In this document: positions 46,723 through 58,200 of the stretch, piece after piece
Position numbering within the stretch: the stretch's first letter is position 1
How the letters are laid out: every line of letters begins with the position of its first letter
Program-made: the position numbers and the translations under genes
Virus record (IMG/VR): IMGVR_UViG_3300045119_000180
Span: 40,075 to 104,074 of that record
Direction: 5' to 3' (one strand)
Origin: a virus
Length of the DNA: 64,000 bases
Notes under the pieces: generated by a model
What the model was told of the DNA's origin: nothing
Seen by the model: the letters and a program-made list of their open reading frames with translations, nothing else
The model's database searches: none

Positions 46723-49700
46723 TACGTCTCTATCATCAATCGGCCAAATATCGTGGCCGTAAGCACTTCGTCACCAATGCTCGATTGGCCGAAGTCCACT
46801 TTAATTTGTAAATGGCGACAACGGGCTAAACTAGCGTTGCCGAGGAAGTAATATCGACTCGGATTGTAGCTAGACGGAGCGGTCGCTGTGCCATATAAAG
46901 ATGGTGGATCTGGTACAGGATCTTGAACAAACGGCGTAAACGTTCCGCTGATTTCATTCAATAGATATGACACCGTAGGTTTAATGCCAAAGTTCTTACT
47001 GAAATCAAATTCGAGAAATTTTAATAATGCTAGTTGGCCAGGGTGACAAAGTGTAATCGACCCCATTGTAAAATTAGCATCATACGTAAAGCCGTTATCT
47101 GTAAAAACTGTCAGATCGCGATAATAGATGCGCTGATCAGATGTTGCTGAGCCAACCAAAAGCTTCTTGATGCCCGGCGTTGTCTCAACGCTCTGGACCA
47201 TCAAACAGCCGCCAATATGACTAGCTACTTGAGCGAATGGACTCCAGATAGGTTCCGGACCTTGCGCAGCGCCAGGGATTTGATGCGGATTTAACCTATA
47301 CCATCCTGTACTACCGTCGGCCACGAAGACGCAGTTATCGATACCGTTTTGGTGGACCGCGACGTAAACGTTTCTAGGATTCCACGTTGTATCGCTTACG
47401 CCGCTAGATGGCAGGTTAGCGAACTGGTCGCCTAGCGGAAAACCGGCCAGTGAAACGCTTAACGACGGGTTAATCAGCCGCAGTTGATTATCGCTTGCGA
47501 AGAAGTAAATTTCGCCTGCATAAACGTCCAGGGCGTTAAAGCTCAAAAGCCCCATGCCCGGAGCTAGCGTGACAGAATAGAAGCTGCTGGTAAGTGGTCC
47601 ACCAGCGATAATCTCAATGCTATCGGTAAGAAACGTCACTAATCCCTGTGGCGTCTTGACCAACCGGGTAACCGGAGCTAGAAATGGAATACTATCCGAC
47701 GGATTAAAGGCTTCGTTCGGGTTGCCGGTAATGACATCTGGGCCGCCTGAAAAGGGCACTTCATCGTCCCTGGCGCCCCAAATCCGCTGATAGTTATAAG
47801 CCATCGGCAGAAAGTCATTAGGCGGAGGGTCATTGGTATCGTCAATCGGGGCTTGGATTAATTCATTCAAGCCAGGGAAGACGTTTGTTGGCAGATCAGG
47901 CAGAAAGTCTTTAAACGACCAAGGCTGGGCAACTCCGCCAATTGGTTGGGGAGCCGGAATCTCGGTCAGTTCAAACATATTACTAGGCCCGCCGCCGTCG
48001 GCCGATCGCCAAATAACGATCGTATCGACTTGCGGATCTGTCGAGCCGAAGCCTGAAATCGTATTAACGGCGCCGGCATTTGACCCAGTAATCGTAAATA
48101 CCGGACTGGCGGTTGATATAACGCCTGTTTCGCTACCTGTAGGAAATGGCAATGGCGTATTAAGCCCTGGAGGAACCGGAGGATTCGACGTCCCGGCGAC
48201 ATCAACGGTATAAAAGTCGGTCAGCGAACGAGCTTTAAAGGAATATGCGTAAACGTAGCCATTCGTCCAGCTTAATGACTGCGCAACGTGAGCCTCGAGG
48301 TTATACCACGTAGCCGCGCCGTCTGTTGTAGTGCCGCCAATGCCGGCCCACGAAGGCGTACTGCCTCCGCCCAAGCCGCTATTAATTACGAATTCTACGT
48401 CGTTATTACTGTCGACTACCGACGCGCCACCGTATGGACTGGCGCTCGAGGGCGGACTAAAACCCGGAGTAGGCAGAAACCACTGCGTACTAGCGGCCCA
48501 AGTCATCGCCGTACCTACGCAGGTCCAAATTACCGTGCCGTCAGTAGTAATGTCGCCGTAGGCAGTAGCCCACGTCGGATGACTGCCCGACTTGCTTGTT
48601 CCAGTCTGGATCGCGACTTGAAAGTTGCCGTTACTATCTCGGATAGCCGAAAAGATGGATCCCGAAGCTGTCCAGGCGAAATAGCTAGTATTGGCTACCC
48701 ATTGGTCGCTGCCTAACGACAACCAAATCATGTCGCCGTCGCCACCGGTTGTTTGACCAGCCGGAGTGTTCCACTTTGGCGATGTATAGCTCGAAGACGA
48801 GGTTCCGCCGGTTGTTACAACCTGCCAGAAGACCGTTTGGTTCGTTGGCAGACCATTAGCCAAGCCTATTGGCTCTGAAATGCTCGAGGTATCAGCGTTG
48901 CCGGCGTTTTCAGTCGCGTATACGTGGCTCTTCTGCCATATTCCAGGCAGACCATGCTGGCCGAGATAAGCCCATTTAACCTGATGGTCTGAGGTCGTCT
49001 GGCCAGCCCCAGGCTTAAACTTCGGGTAGTTTGTGCCGCTCAGCCCGGCGCCATTGGCGTTATAGTAGCAAGCCTTCGTGGCAGGATCGTAGATGATACA
49101 AGGCGAAGCCAGCGTACCGCCTGAACTGCCGTTTTGATAAAGCGTACTGGCGGTCCATAAAACGATCGGGCCGCGGTTGGTCCAAGTAACGCTACCATCA
49201 ATCGTAGCCCCGCCTACGCCCGCCCATACTGGATTACCGCTGCCTGTCGTGCCCAACTGTGTAGAATTTACACCCGTAGCATTGACGGAATTTAGTTGCT
49301 GAGTAGTGTTGGTCGCACTGTCATAAATCAAGCCCATCGTGGACCAAACAGTATTAGCAACCCACTGAGTAGCCGCACTGCCGCTAGGTACAACCGTTAC
49401 AGACGGTTGTTTTGTTGGCGCAACGATGCCCCAGTTCCACGTTGACGCAGCAGCTCCTGCCGGCAGATTGGTATTTAAAGGTGTATACTTCCACGTCTCA
49501 ACGCCATCGCCAACGTAAAGAGTGCCGGCTACACCTTGAAAATAGCTTTGTCCGGCGTTATGACCATTAACGTCAAAGCCCTTGGCGAATAGAAGAACCG
49601 TCGTGCCATTTTGCTGATCCCAATAAACTCCGCCGGCGGTGTTAGCAGACGCCGTAGCAGTTTCTGTTTGAGCGTTAGGATTATTTACTACGACAGATGT

Positions 49701-50195
49701 ATTTGACGACGTTATAACAGTAAATACGCCGTTGTTATTAGGATTAGTAAATCCAGAAATTCTAACCTTTAATCCTTGAATGTCATTCGTAACGGCACCG
49801 AAAGATCCAGAATACGCAACCTGGCCGCCGGAAGAATTCGCTACGGATGTAACTGGATAAGCTAACGAAGACGTATCAATGATTAAACGAATCGTTCCGT
49901 CAGTCAGTTGGAAGCTATAGCTGCGAAGCGGCAAAGTCGGATAAACAGCCGTGGACAGTTGAGTCAAGCCGGGACGACGTTGCAGAGTTAACCTGTTAGT
50001 TAATTCTACATTTAGTCCCTGCCACAACGCGTCCGGGCGTCCTCCGTAGAATCTTGACGTATATATGTCGCTGGGGTCGTGGAGGACATTTCTCTGCGTG
50101 TACAGCCCCGTGAATGACCGGTCAATAAACAACGGTACATATTTTGGAGACTTGTTTGGCTGCGCCCCCGACTGCTGCAAAAGGTTCTGAGACAT
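46722..50195 (-). CDS. Probable tail nozzle/stabilisation protein with inserted Trp-rich repeats
   Basis: 1157 aa, L.RRPG near N-terminus, beta-propeller-like C-terminus, RHLQIKVDF end; follows the adaptor genes. Confidence 0.55.
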   Translation of the reverse strand: MSQNLLQQSGAQPNKSPKYVPLFIDRSFTGLYTQRNVLHDPSDIYTSRFYGGRPDALWQGLNVELTNRLTLQRRPGLTQLSTAVYPTLPLRSYSFQLTDGTIRLIIDTSSLAYPVTSVANSSGGQVAYSGSFGAVTNDIQGLKVRISGFTNPNNNGVFTVITSSNTSVVVNNPNAQTETATASANTAGGVYWDQQNGTTVLLFAKGFDVNGHNAGQSYFQGVAGTLYVGDGVETWKYTPLNTNLPAGAAASTWNWGIVAPTKQPSVTVVPSGSAATQWVANTVWSTMGLIYDSATNTTQQLNSVNATGVNSTQLGTTGSGNPVWAGVGGATIDGSVTWTNRGPIVLWTASTLYQNGSSGGTLASPCIIYDPATKACYYNANGAGLSGTNYPKFKPGAGQTTSDHQVKWAYLGQHGLPGIWQKSHVYATENAGNADTSSISEPIGLANGLPTNQTVFWQVVTTGGTSSSSYTSPKWNTPAGQTTGGDGDMIWLSLGSDQWVANTSYFAWTASGSIFSAIRDSNGNFQVAIQTGTSKSGSHPTWATAYGDITTDGTVIWTCVGTAMTWAASTQWFLPTPGFSPPSSASPYGGASVVDSNNDVEFVINSGLGGGSTPSWAGIGGTTTDGAATWYNLEAHVAQSLSWTNGYVYAYSFKARSLTDFYTVDVAGTSNPPVPPGLNTPLPFPTGSETGVISTASPVFTITGSNAGAVNTISGFGSTDPQVDTIVIWRSADGGGPSNMFELTEIPAPQPIGGVAQPWSFKDFLPDLPTNVFPGLNELIQAPIDDTNDPPPNDFLPMAYNYQRIWGARDDEVPFSGGPDVITGNPNEAFNPSDSIPFLAPVTRLVKTPQGLVTFLTDSIEIIAGGPLTSSFYSVTLAPGMGLLSFNALDVYAGEIYFFASDNQLRLINPSLSVSLAGFPLGDQFANLPSSGVSDTTWNPRNVYVAVHQNGIDNCVFVADGSTGWYRLNPHQIPGAAQGPEPIWSPFAQVASHIGGCLMVQSVETTPGIKKLLVGSATSDQRIYYRDLTVFTDNGFTYDANFTMGSITLCHPGQLALLKFLEFDFSKNFGIKPTVSYLLNEISGTFTPFVQDPVPDPPSLYGTATAPSSYNPSRYYFLGNASLARCRHLQIKVDFGQSSIGDEVLTATIFGRLMIET

Positions 50196-50848
50196 TACGC
50201 AGCCTCTTCTTTTTCGATCATGAGAGACAAAGCTATATCTGTATTCCGATAATCGATTTCTTTGGCGTGCTTAGAACTATTACAGCCGCCCCTGCCACCT
50301 AACATCGGATGACAGAGAGGTTGGATATTTTCAATGGTATTTGGACCGCCTAAAGAGATTGGTTTAACATGATCCGGTACGAGCTTAAGATTAATACTAA
50401 GAAGGTGTTGTTCAGATCTTCCGCAACACACGCAACAATAATTATATTTCTTACACAAGTCTCTAAATTCTTTAAAAGAAAAAGACCCGCTAACCAAAGC
50501 TAATCTGGCACGGTAATCATGTTTGCTCTTCATACAAAGAGCCTTAGCTTTTCTGGGGTGCAACCGCCTCCACTCCCGACTAGCGGCAGCTTTTTCTTCT
50601 CTATGCTTGTTATTGTATGCAAGACTTCTAGCCTTGGCCGCCGCTATATTTCTTAAGTAACTCTCTCTTTTCAATCGAGCATATCGTATTGGATGCGCTT
50701 CTCTACGATCTTTATTTCTTTTTCTAATTTTTTCTTTTTGCTCTTCAGAGTAGTTAGACATCCTTAAGAGGACTTTCTCTCTGTTTTTATAGTAATAGCG
50801 CAGAGCCTCTTCTCGATGTTTTAAAACAGCTTTAGATGGTCGTCCCAT
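50195..50848 (-). CDS. HNH endonuclease
   Basis: CVCCG...DHVKPISLGG.N.IENIQPLC...CNSSK. Confidence 0.9.
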   Translation of the reverse strand: MGRPSKAVLKHREEALRYYYKNREKVLLRMSNYSEEQKEKIRKRNKDRREAHPIRYARLKRESYLRNIAAAKARSLAYNNKHREEKAAASREWRRLHPRKAKALCMKSKHDYRARLALVSGSFSFKEFRDLCKKYNYCCVCCGRSEQHLLSINLKLVPDHVKPISLGGPNTIENIQPLCHPMLGGRGGCNSSKHAKEIDYRNTDIALSLMIEKEEAA

Positions 50849-51564
50849 TAAATCCCGCGGGCCTGATTCGCTTGCTGCGTACGCAATTGATTCGCTAGCA
50901 TCTGACTATCTCTTGACCAATACTGCATTAGAAATTGATCTTTCTGCATCTCTGTCAACCCTTCAGCCTTTGCTAAAAGAGTCGCGATACCACGTTGACG
51001 ATATTGATTCGCACGAGCGTCGTCTACTACCGCCATTGCCTCGCCAACGAATAAATTGTTATAAATATCGAGATATTGATCTGGTATGGTCCAACTTTGA
51101 GAAGTTGCTGTAAACGGTAAAACCAGCTTTTGATAGGTTAAAAGAACTGTATATGTTTGGTCTGGAATCCCCATAAAACGCAACGTTACGCTTGAGCCGT
51201 AAGAAACAAAATTGACCGAAATAGCATTCGGACGGCCCTTTTTATTAGCATTGGCTTTACCTAGTGCCGCAGTATTATAAACATCTAAAACTTCAAAAAC
51301 ATTTCCACTCGTGTCAGTCAAAGTAGCTTTCTCTAGAAAACTAAAATCTGTCAACAAGATCGTATAATCTTGGTTAGAAGAATTGATAGTTAACGAATTA
51401 TTTTCATTCCTATTCCACCCCCAAGTCATAGGGGCATTTAAAATAGTATTCTGAATTTCGTTGGCAATCGATATAGCAGGTTCGTTTCCCGTACCAACTG
51501 TTAACGGAGAATACTGTATATATGTCAACGCATAGTTGACAGATTGCTGTAATGAATATGCCAT
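50848..51564 (-). CDS. Probable head-tail adaptor protein
   Basis: W.WN, GRP, PDQTY...Y, IPDQY pattern of podovirus adaptors. Confidence 0.5.
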   Translation of the reverse strand: MAYSLQQSVNYALTYIQYSPLTVGTGNEPAISIANEIQNTILNAPMTWGWNRNENNSLTINSSNQDYTILLTDFSFLEKATLTDTSGNVFEVLDVYNTAALGKANANKKGRPNAISVNFVSYGSSVTLRFMGIPDQTYTVLLTYQKLVLPFTATSQSWTIPDQYLDIYNNLFVGEAMAVVDDARANQYRQRGIATLLAKAEGLTEMQKDQFLMQYWSRDSQMLANQLRTQQANQARGI

Positions 51565-52649
51565 TAGAATCCTGACCCTGGAAGATTAAACGGATATCCC
51601 GAACCGGGCCAACGGCTAATACCGCGGCCTTGACGCCCCATGATACTTCTCTCGGGGCTAAAGGAATTCTCTTCTAATTCTCGATCTTCTCTTGCACGAA
51701 GATCATTTAAACCAGCTAGCCACATCTTCCACTCATCCGCAAATTTCGCACGGACCTTAGCTTCAGGCGAATAACGATACGCCTGTGCTACGCAGCCCAT
51801 ACGGAATACCGGCTCGTAGCGATCTGGCAACGGAGCAAGCGTTTGGCTTAACGACGTAAACTGTACCGGCGGCATCTGACCAACCAGGTTAAACTGCCAG
51901 ACGTTGCCAGTTTGACTAGGCACTGGCAGGATGCGATAGCCAACGCCTGCGGGATCTACAACTGTCCAGATTGTCGACGCACCTGCGCCAGCTACGGTAG
52001 TCCCTGGTAAGGCACCAACAGCGGCCAATGGCGCGGTAGTTCCTTCGGTGCCATATTGAGTAAGCAAAAGGAGATTGCCGTTAGCATCCTCAATCTGAGT
52101 AATCGGGTTGCTAGGCATTGCCGCGGCCGTAGTCGGATTAGTATAAACTGACCCTGCGACAGGATTGTTGCCTAGCGAGCCAGTTCCAACGTTGCCTGCT
52201 CCCCATGTGCCGAAGTACAGGGTAGAATTAGGAAACCAGTTAACCAAAAACAAAGGATCGCTTGTAGCGGTATTGAAGAACGAACCGCTGGCTTGCGGTA
52301 GTTGTCGACCGCATTCAACTGCGCGGAAGGGTTTAGGAATCGAAGTATCGCTAATATCAAAGACTGCTCCTCTTTCAAGCCATTCAAGGTTATAAATCGA
52401 TGCGCCGCTAGGATAAATTCCAGCGTAATCCTGCTGGTAGCTGTTGGCATACCACACAGGCAGAACGATTTCATTCCATTTATGCGGGAAGTCGACCGCA
52501 CATATGGCGTTCATTACGTCCGTAGCGATCGTAACCATCGGCTCGTTAGAATAGCCGCCGACGTTAAAGATCGGCGCTATTTCACCGAACGGACGAATCC
52601 TATCTAAAACATTTTGTACAGTCGTGTTACTTTGGCCTAGTGTTGGCAT
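51564..52649 (-). CDS. Second adaptor-like virion protein
   Basis: HKWN, QQDY, PVP, PLPDRY; same layout as the next gene plus an insertion. Confidence 0.45.
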   Translation of the reverse strand: MPTLGQSNTTVQNVLDRIRPFGEIAPIFNVGGYSNEPMVTIATDVMNAICAVDFPHKWNEIVLPVWYANSYQQDYAGIYPSGASIYNLEWLERGAVFDISDTSIPKPFRAVECGRQLPQASGSFFNTATSDPLFLVNWFPNSTLYFGTWGAGNVGTGSLGNNPVAGSVYTNPTTAAAMPSNPITQIEDANGNLLLLTQYGTEGTTAPLAAVGALPGTTVAGAGASTIWTVVDPAGVGYRILPVPSQTGNVWQFNLVGQMPPVQFTSLSQTLAPLPDRYEPVFRMGCVAQAYRYSPEAKVRAKFADEWKMWLAGLNDLRAREDRELEENSFSPERSIMGRQGRGISRWPGSGYPFNLPGSGF

Positions 52650-52662
52650 TTTTACCTTTTAA

Positions 52663-55281
52663 TTATTGAAGAGTGCAACTAGACCCTTGACGAATCGTAA
52701 GCGTTCCAGTTCCTTGTCCCGATGCCTGTAATTGAACCGTACCCGCATTTGCGCCGTTTACTAGACCCATGTCAATATGCGCCATTTCATTTGTTGCGGT
52801 CGTAACCGTGGCACCTACGGGGTTTAATGCGCTGGAAAAAGCCGTAGCTGCCGCGCTCGCAGTAGTCGTTGCTGTAATTGCACTAACCATGTTAATTGCA
52901 ACGGAAGTTGGGGAAGATGGTCCGGTGATCTGAAACTCCGGTCCAGTCGTGGCAGCAGATGCACTCCAAACAATAGAACAATGCATTGTGTAATTAGTGT
53001 TCGCCGCAACGGGAAATGAAAGATAGGGAATGCTGGTAAATGATGCAGCACCGCCAGCGTTTGTATAGTCCGCAACCGTCAGAATAGCCTTCTGAGGTAT
53101 GCCAAAAGTGCTGTCTGCATCGTAAATCGTGTCTGTAGCATGCAAGAGAGGGAAACTTCCGCCTGTCCAATTCGTTAGACCAGTGGCATTAGCGGCATCT
53201 GTAGCTATACCAATTCCAGGATAGCCACCAGTGATGGCAGCATCTGTTACTGGGTTAGTGGCTAGATTCTTGTCAATGCTGCCGTTCCGAAGGCCGTACA
53301 ACCAAGCACCTATGTGACGAAGCTCAATCGTATCACCAGCGTTACAACCAACTGCGGAAGTCTGCGTTGACAAACCCGTAAAGGAACCCGCCACGAATTT
53401 GCCAATGCCTGAACCTTTCGCTGCCACGTGTCCACAATAGTATATATATTCAGTACCTGCCGTTGTTGACATATTTGTAGCTACAACAGCTGCGGAACTG
53501 GCATTCGAGTCTATATTTGCAACCGTAACCCTGGAAAATTGATCATTGGCTGGAGGAGAAGACGATACAAAGGCATTGTAATTAGTTTGCGCAGCTCCGT
53601 TAGTTGCAGTGTTAGAGGTTATGTTTACTATGTTGCTGGTCCCGTCTCCAAGAACTGTCCAGCCCAAACCAAGAACCGTCCTTCCGTTTGCCGAAGAGAA
53701 TACATCTGATATAGGGGCTTGAACCGTCTGCCAGATGGTTCCGCCTATCGGGGATATCAGCCCTTTGTTGTAACCAGCAAAGCAAGCGTAAATGCAATTT
53801 CCGGATATCAGTAGACCTTGCGTGGAAGTAACACCGAGTGATACTTGGGCAGACGAAGAAGCATTACCGTTTAGCATCACGTTTGAAATCGATGCAGTGG
53901 AATTACCTGCCTGTTGCATAAAATTGGTCAAGTGACCAGTACCAATCTGTACCAAGTTATCTGTAATAGACGCACCATCAACGTCCGTAGAGCTACCATT
54001 AGCCCCCCATTGGATCGCGGCGTTGACTCCACTTGCCACACAGCCTTCGCTATCAAGTTCGTTATCTGAAAGTCTGTGGCTTCCGCCTTGCAATCTGACT
54101 GCTACGGCAATGTTCCCTATGTTGTTGTTGTCTATGCTTCCGAACCAGCCGCCATCAACAATTCCCTGGCTGGCACAAAAGGAACCGCTTCTTCCGCCAA
54201 TCGTATTGTGAGAAAAGAATATCGTATTTTCCCCTACCGTAGCCCCTGAAACGTTAGCGAAACAGCGCCCTGTCGTCGCATCGCCATTGTTCCAATGGTT
54301 GTAAGAAACCGTACCTTCGAAAACAAAATCATCGAACTGGATCGCATAATTCGTGCAACTTCCCAACGTCGCGTTACCGGCTCCGAAATTAAAAAAATTC
54401 GTATTCGTGATGACCGTGTTCCCAACTGCGTTCTTAATTTCAATACCTGCAACAGTCAAACTCGCTCCACCCAGAAACGTGCCACCATCCAACCTGTAAA
54501 CACCGCCGTGCGTTCCGTCTCCAAATTGAATAAGGTTCGCAGATGAGTTAGTTCCGGCATCAAGACTAGCATTAAGATGAATAGTTGCTGCTATACCAAC
54601 CGCTGAACCCGTCGGATTAAATATAAGTTGACAAGTAGACAAAAGATACGCTTTGCCTGTTCCAGAACCATTGATAAAAACTTGTACCGCTCCGGGGCCG
54701 GCATAGGCATTAATACTAGCCATAAATGCTGTTGTAGCAGAACCGCAGTTGTTAGTTGAATCGTCATCTGTCCACTGCAAACAATTAGTCGCCGAATTGC
54801 AATTTGCGTTTTGAATTACGAACACGCTAGATCCGAGACCTACACCGGTAGGTCCGTTACCGCCACCAGCACTACCCGAGCCTCTACTGGCACTAGCAGT
54901 AGAGGCTTGAATAGTTACAACGGCGTTTGCTGTTAAAGCAGAAGCCCTGACTCGGACTCGATTTAATCCGGAAACGTTGACAGACCATACACCAGTGGCC
55001 GTCGTACTTGTTACGGCAGTACCTGTCGCGGCTGGGATAGCTCCCAGGGCAACCCAAGTACTTCCGTCTACTGTAGCTTCGAACTGAAGCGTACCGGAAA
55101 AGCTACTTCCGGAGACGTTGATAGATACCCCGCCTGTGTTTTTTGCTAAATCCAATATGACACAATTAGTCGCCGTAGAACAATCTGTTCCTGACGATGA
55201 AATAGTGCCGGTAGCGAAATTCTGTTGCGCAAAAACAGGCAAAGCGGTAATTAAAAGCAAAAATAATACTACTTTTCGCAT
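52663..55281 (-). CDS. Fibre/spike-like beta-helix protein with Sec signal peptide
   Basis: MRKVVLFLLLITALPVFA-Q; GTLQFEATVDGSTW..RVRVR module, beta-helix ladders, Cys pairs; AGGAG SD. Confidence 0.65.
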   Translation of the reverse strand: MRKVVLFLLLITALPVFAQQNFATGTISSSGTDCSTATNCVILDLAKNTGGVSINVSGSSFSGTLQFEATVDGSTWVALGAIPAATGTAVTSTTATGVWSVNVSGLNRVRVRASALTANAVVTIQASTASASRGSGSAGGGNGPTGVGLGSSVFVIQNANCNSATNCLQWTDDDSTNNCGSATTAFMASINAYAGPGAVQVFINGSGTGKAYLLSTCQLIFNPTGSAVGIAATIHLNASLDAGTNSSANLIQFGDGTHGGVYRLDGGTFLGGASLTVAGIEIKNAVGNTVITNTNFFNFGAGNATLGSCTNYAIQFDDFVFEGTVSYNHWNNGDATTGRCFANVSGATVGENTIFFSHNTIGGRSGSFCASQGIVDGGWFGSIDNNNIGNIAVAVRLQGGSHRLSDNELDSEGCVASGVNAAIQWGANGSSTDVDGASITDNLVQIGTGHLTNFMQQAGNSTASISNVMLNGNASSSAQVSLGVTSTQGLLISGNCIYACFAGYNKGLISPIGGTIWQTVQAPISDVFSSANGRTVLGLGWTVLGDGTSNIVNITSNTATNGAAQTNYNAFVSSSPPANDQFSRVTVANIDSNASSAAVVATNMSTTAGTEYIYYCGHVAAKGSGIGKFVAGSFTGLSTQTSAVGCNAGDTIELRHIGAWLYGLRNGSIDKNLATNPVTDAAITGGYPGIGIATDAANATGLTNWTGGSFPLLHATDTIYDADSTFGIPQKAILTVADYTNAGGAASFTSIPYLSFPVAANTNYTMHCSIVWSASAATTGPEFQITGPSSPTSVAINMVSAITATTTASAAATAFSSALNPVGATVTTATNEMAHIDMGLVNGANAGTVQLQASGQGTGTLTIRQGSSCTLQ

Positions 55282-55294
55282 TACTGTGATTCTC

Positions 55295-58200
55295 CTAATT
55301 AATAATCGTATACGAAAAACACGCGGGATTAGTTGTCGGGGCCGAAGGAACCGTAATTGTAAAACTGGTCGCAGCTACGCGAGCTGAAACAGTCGGTTGA
55401 ACAGGAGTAGTATTACAAGTCACCGATAACGCCGTTCCCAAAGAAGAATCAAACGTCAATTGAATCTGACTATTAGCCGTTACCGCCGTCGTGTTGACAG
55501 TCACAGTAGTAGCGGAAGCCGCGACAACTACGAAGCCTGACGGTGCGGCTGCACAAACCGCCGGCGCCGCAGCGTTAGCACAAGCCGTAACCGTTGAGAA
55601 AGCTATAAGTGCGTTAGTGCAAGTAGGCGACGTATTCCTGGTTAAAGTAGAAACGAACTTACCTGACGAGCAAGCTCCGACGCCAGAATACGCGCTGACC
55701 AACGCCGCATCAGCGATAGTAGTAAATGACGGATTGCTTGCTGCTCCGGCTGATACTAAAGGTAGTCCGGCTGTACCTGGACCAATGCCAGTTATAGTTG
55801 TTGGACTGGCCCAAACACCAGTTTGAAATTGTGCTGGACTGCCGCTGGTAGATACATTACCGTTAACTGGTGGAACAGCCCACGTACCATCACCACGCCA
55901 GAAAGTCGCGCTAGTTGCGCTCGTTCCACTATTAAGGTTTCCTACTGGCAAATTACCAGTTACGCCCGTACCCAAACTAATCGCAGGAATCTGGGCCGAA
56001 ACTAATCCGCAATATGACGGAGTAGCCGTCGAGCCCGTGCAGTTGCCGAATACGGTATTCGCCCCAGCTGTAGAAAGACTAAAGCTTAAAGCCGGCGTCG
56101 ACGTAGACGTAGCTACGGACGTCGTAAACAACGGACTAAGAGTGCCAGCGGACATAGACGTCACGGTTCCGACTCCTGCGGTACAATCTATATAAATTCC
56201 TGCTGTTCCACTTGCGCATATAGGATGGGTATTAGTAATTGACCCTGTAATTAGCGGCAAAACGGCTGAAGCTAGAGGATCAGGCATCGTAACCGCTCTA
56301 TTAGCAGCCAAACTTGCCGATGAGATAGTAGTTGAAAAAGCACCTTTTCTTATGCCCACGCCATCAACGTTGATAGGATGGCCGGTAACATTACATATAG
56401 TTCCGGCAGGGCAGTTAGTATCAATAGAATTGCTAGATGAAATGAATTCTAGTACTTCATTATCAGACATCTGTCCAGCGGTTATATAATACATCACCGG
56501 ACCGTACAACGTAGGTCCATGAGTAGTATCTATAACTCCTGTCATACAAGTCGAACCAGAGCCCGTTCCGCCAACAAATTTAATTGCTCTCCAAAGGTAT
56601 TTCCAGTCTCCGTCTCCAGTTTGCAAACCATTGTTATAATAATCATTCGAATATGCTGGAAAACTAATGCTTTGACAAGTTGGAATTAAATAAACACTAG
56701 TAACAGGTGCCCAATTACCACCTTTTACCCAAACACCTTCTGCAATCCAGTCTCCTGCGACCGGACTGATATTAAGAATAGGCGCCATATAAACTTGAGC
56801 TAATCCAGCAGACGTAACTGATGCCGCACCTGTTCCACCAAAAGGATCTGCTAACCCTGTAGTTACTGTCAAAGATCCTGTTGCCGTTGTCCAACTCGAC
56901 GGATTAGAAAACGCCTTGTTGACTAAACGAGTTGAAACCAACCCGTCAATTCGCCGAGCTACGTCTGTCTCGCCAACTAGATAATTTAAATTCACACCGT
57001 ACTGCTGCAATCGTAGCGGACTGACTGTATTACTACTTCCAAACGGGTTTAGTACAACCGCCGGACCTGCTACGCCGGTATTTACAGCCACTGGAGCGCC
57101 GTAATTGATGTTTGTACCGTCGTTCTGAACTGAAGCAACATTGTTAGGACAATCAGCTTGAACAACATTATCAACGGTAAGATTGGTTTGTTGCGGCCAA
57201 CTAGTGAACCACACGACCGGGGCGCAATTCGGGCCGCTTGACTCCTCAATAGTATTTGATACGGACAACCCTCCGCCGCTGGACCCCGGGATAAGTTTGA
57301 TGCCGCCGTCGTCTAAATTAGCATGATCAATATAAATAAGACCAGTGCCTTTACCTTGCGAGCCATCAAATAACATAGCTGCAGCATTATTAGCCGTAGC
57401 TCCGTTCGTCCCGCCCGTATTGCCTGAGCATCCGAAATCATAAAAATATAGCCAATATTCCCATCCTACAACATCCGTGCAAGGGCCGTTCGTCCCGGTT
57501 TGGGTTATAAATGCGTCAACGTTATCAAACGTCATTTCTACCGAATTACAAGTACTGTCGCGAAGATTGTTACTACACTCTCCGATGACTATACCGCGGG
57601 CGGGGAAGCCGAGTGAAAAACTCAGATTCTGAAATCTCAATCCATATACAGCAGACAACCATACAGCCGGATGATTCCTGTCAACGGCATTGCCCCCGAA
57701 CACCTTGGCTAACGGAGCATGCCCATTAGGGCTGCCTACAACATCGCCTATACCGATGAAATCAATGCTGCAAGGATTACATTTTAGCCAGCCTGTCGGC
57801 AAACTGTTATAATTCGGGTCGTTCGGCCCCATAAGCCAAAGACCTGCGCCTGCGGTAGGATTAGTTTGTGAAAACGTGCCGATATAAATTGTTCCGTTAC
57901 CGGCAGTTTTCGTACCGCAATTTCCTAAGGGCAAAGAACACTCAGCTGAATAAACAGTCTTCTTCGCTGTACCCCAACTAAGACCGTCGTTACTATCAGA
58001 GCAGGGAGATCCACCGTTACAGGTAACGGCTACGAATTGAATGCTCGTACTCGTTGCCGGCTTAATAGCTGCATTAGCAGCGCTGGCATTTAAGATCCAA
58101 CTGCCGGAATCGCAAGTATAAAAATTGCCGCTAAGATCGTCTGTATAAATAGAGCCAGCAACACAAGGATTCGTCGGACTACCCGTGCCGTGAATAACGT

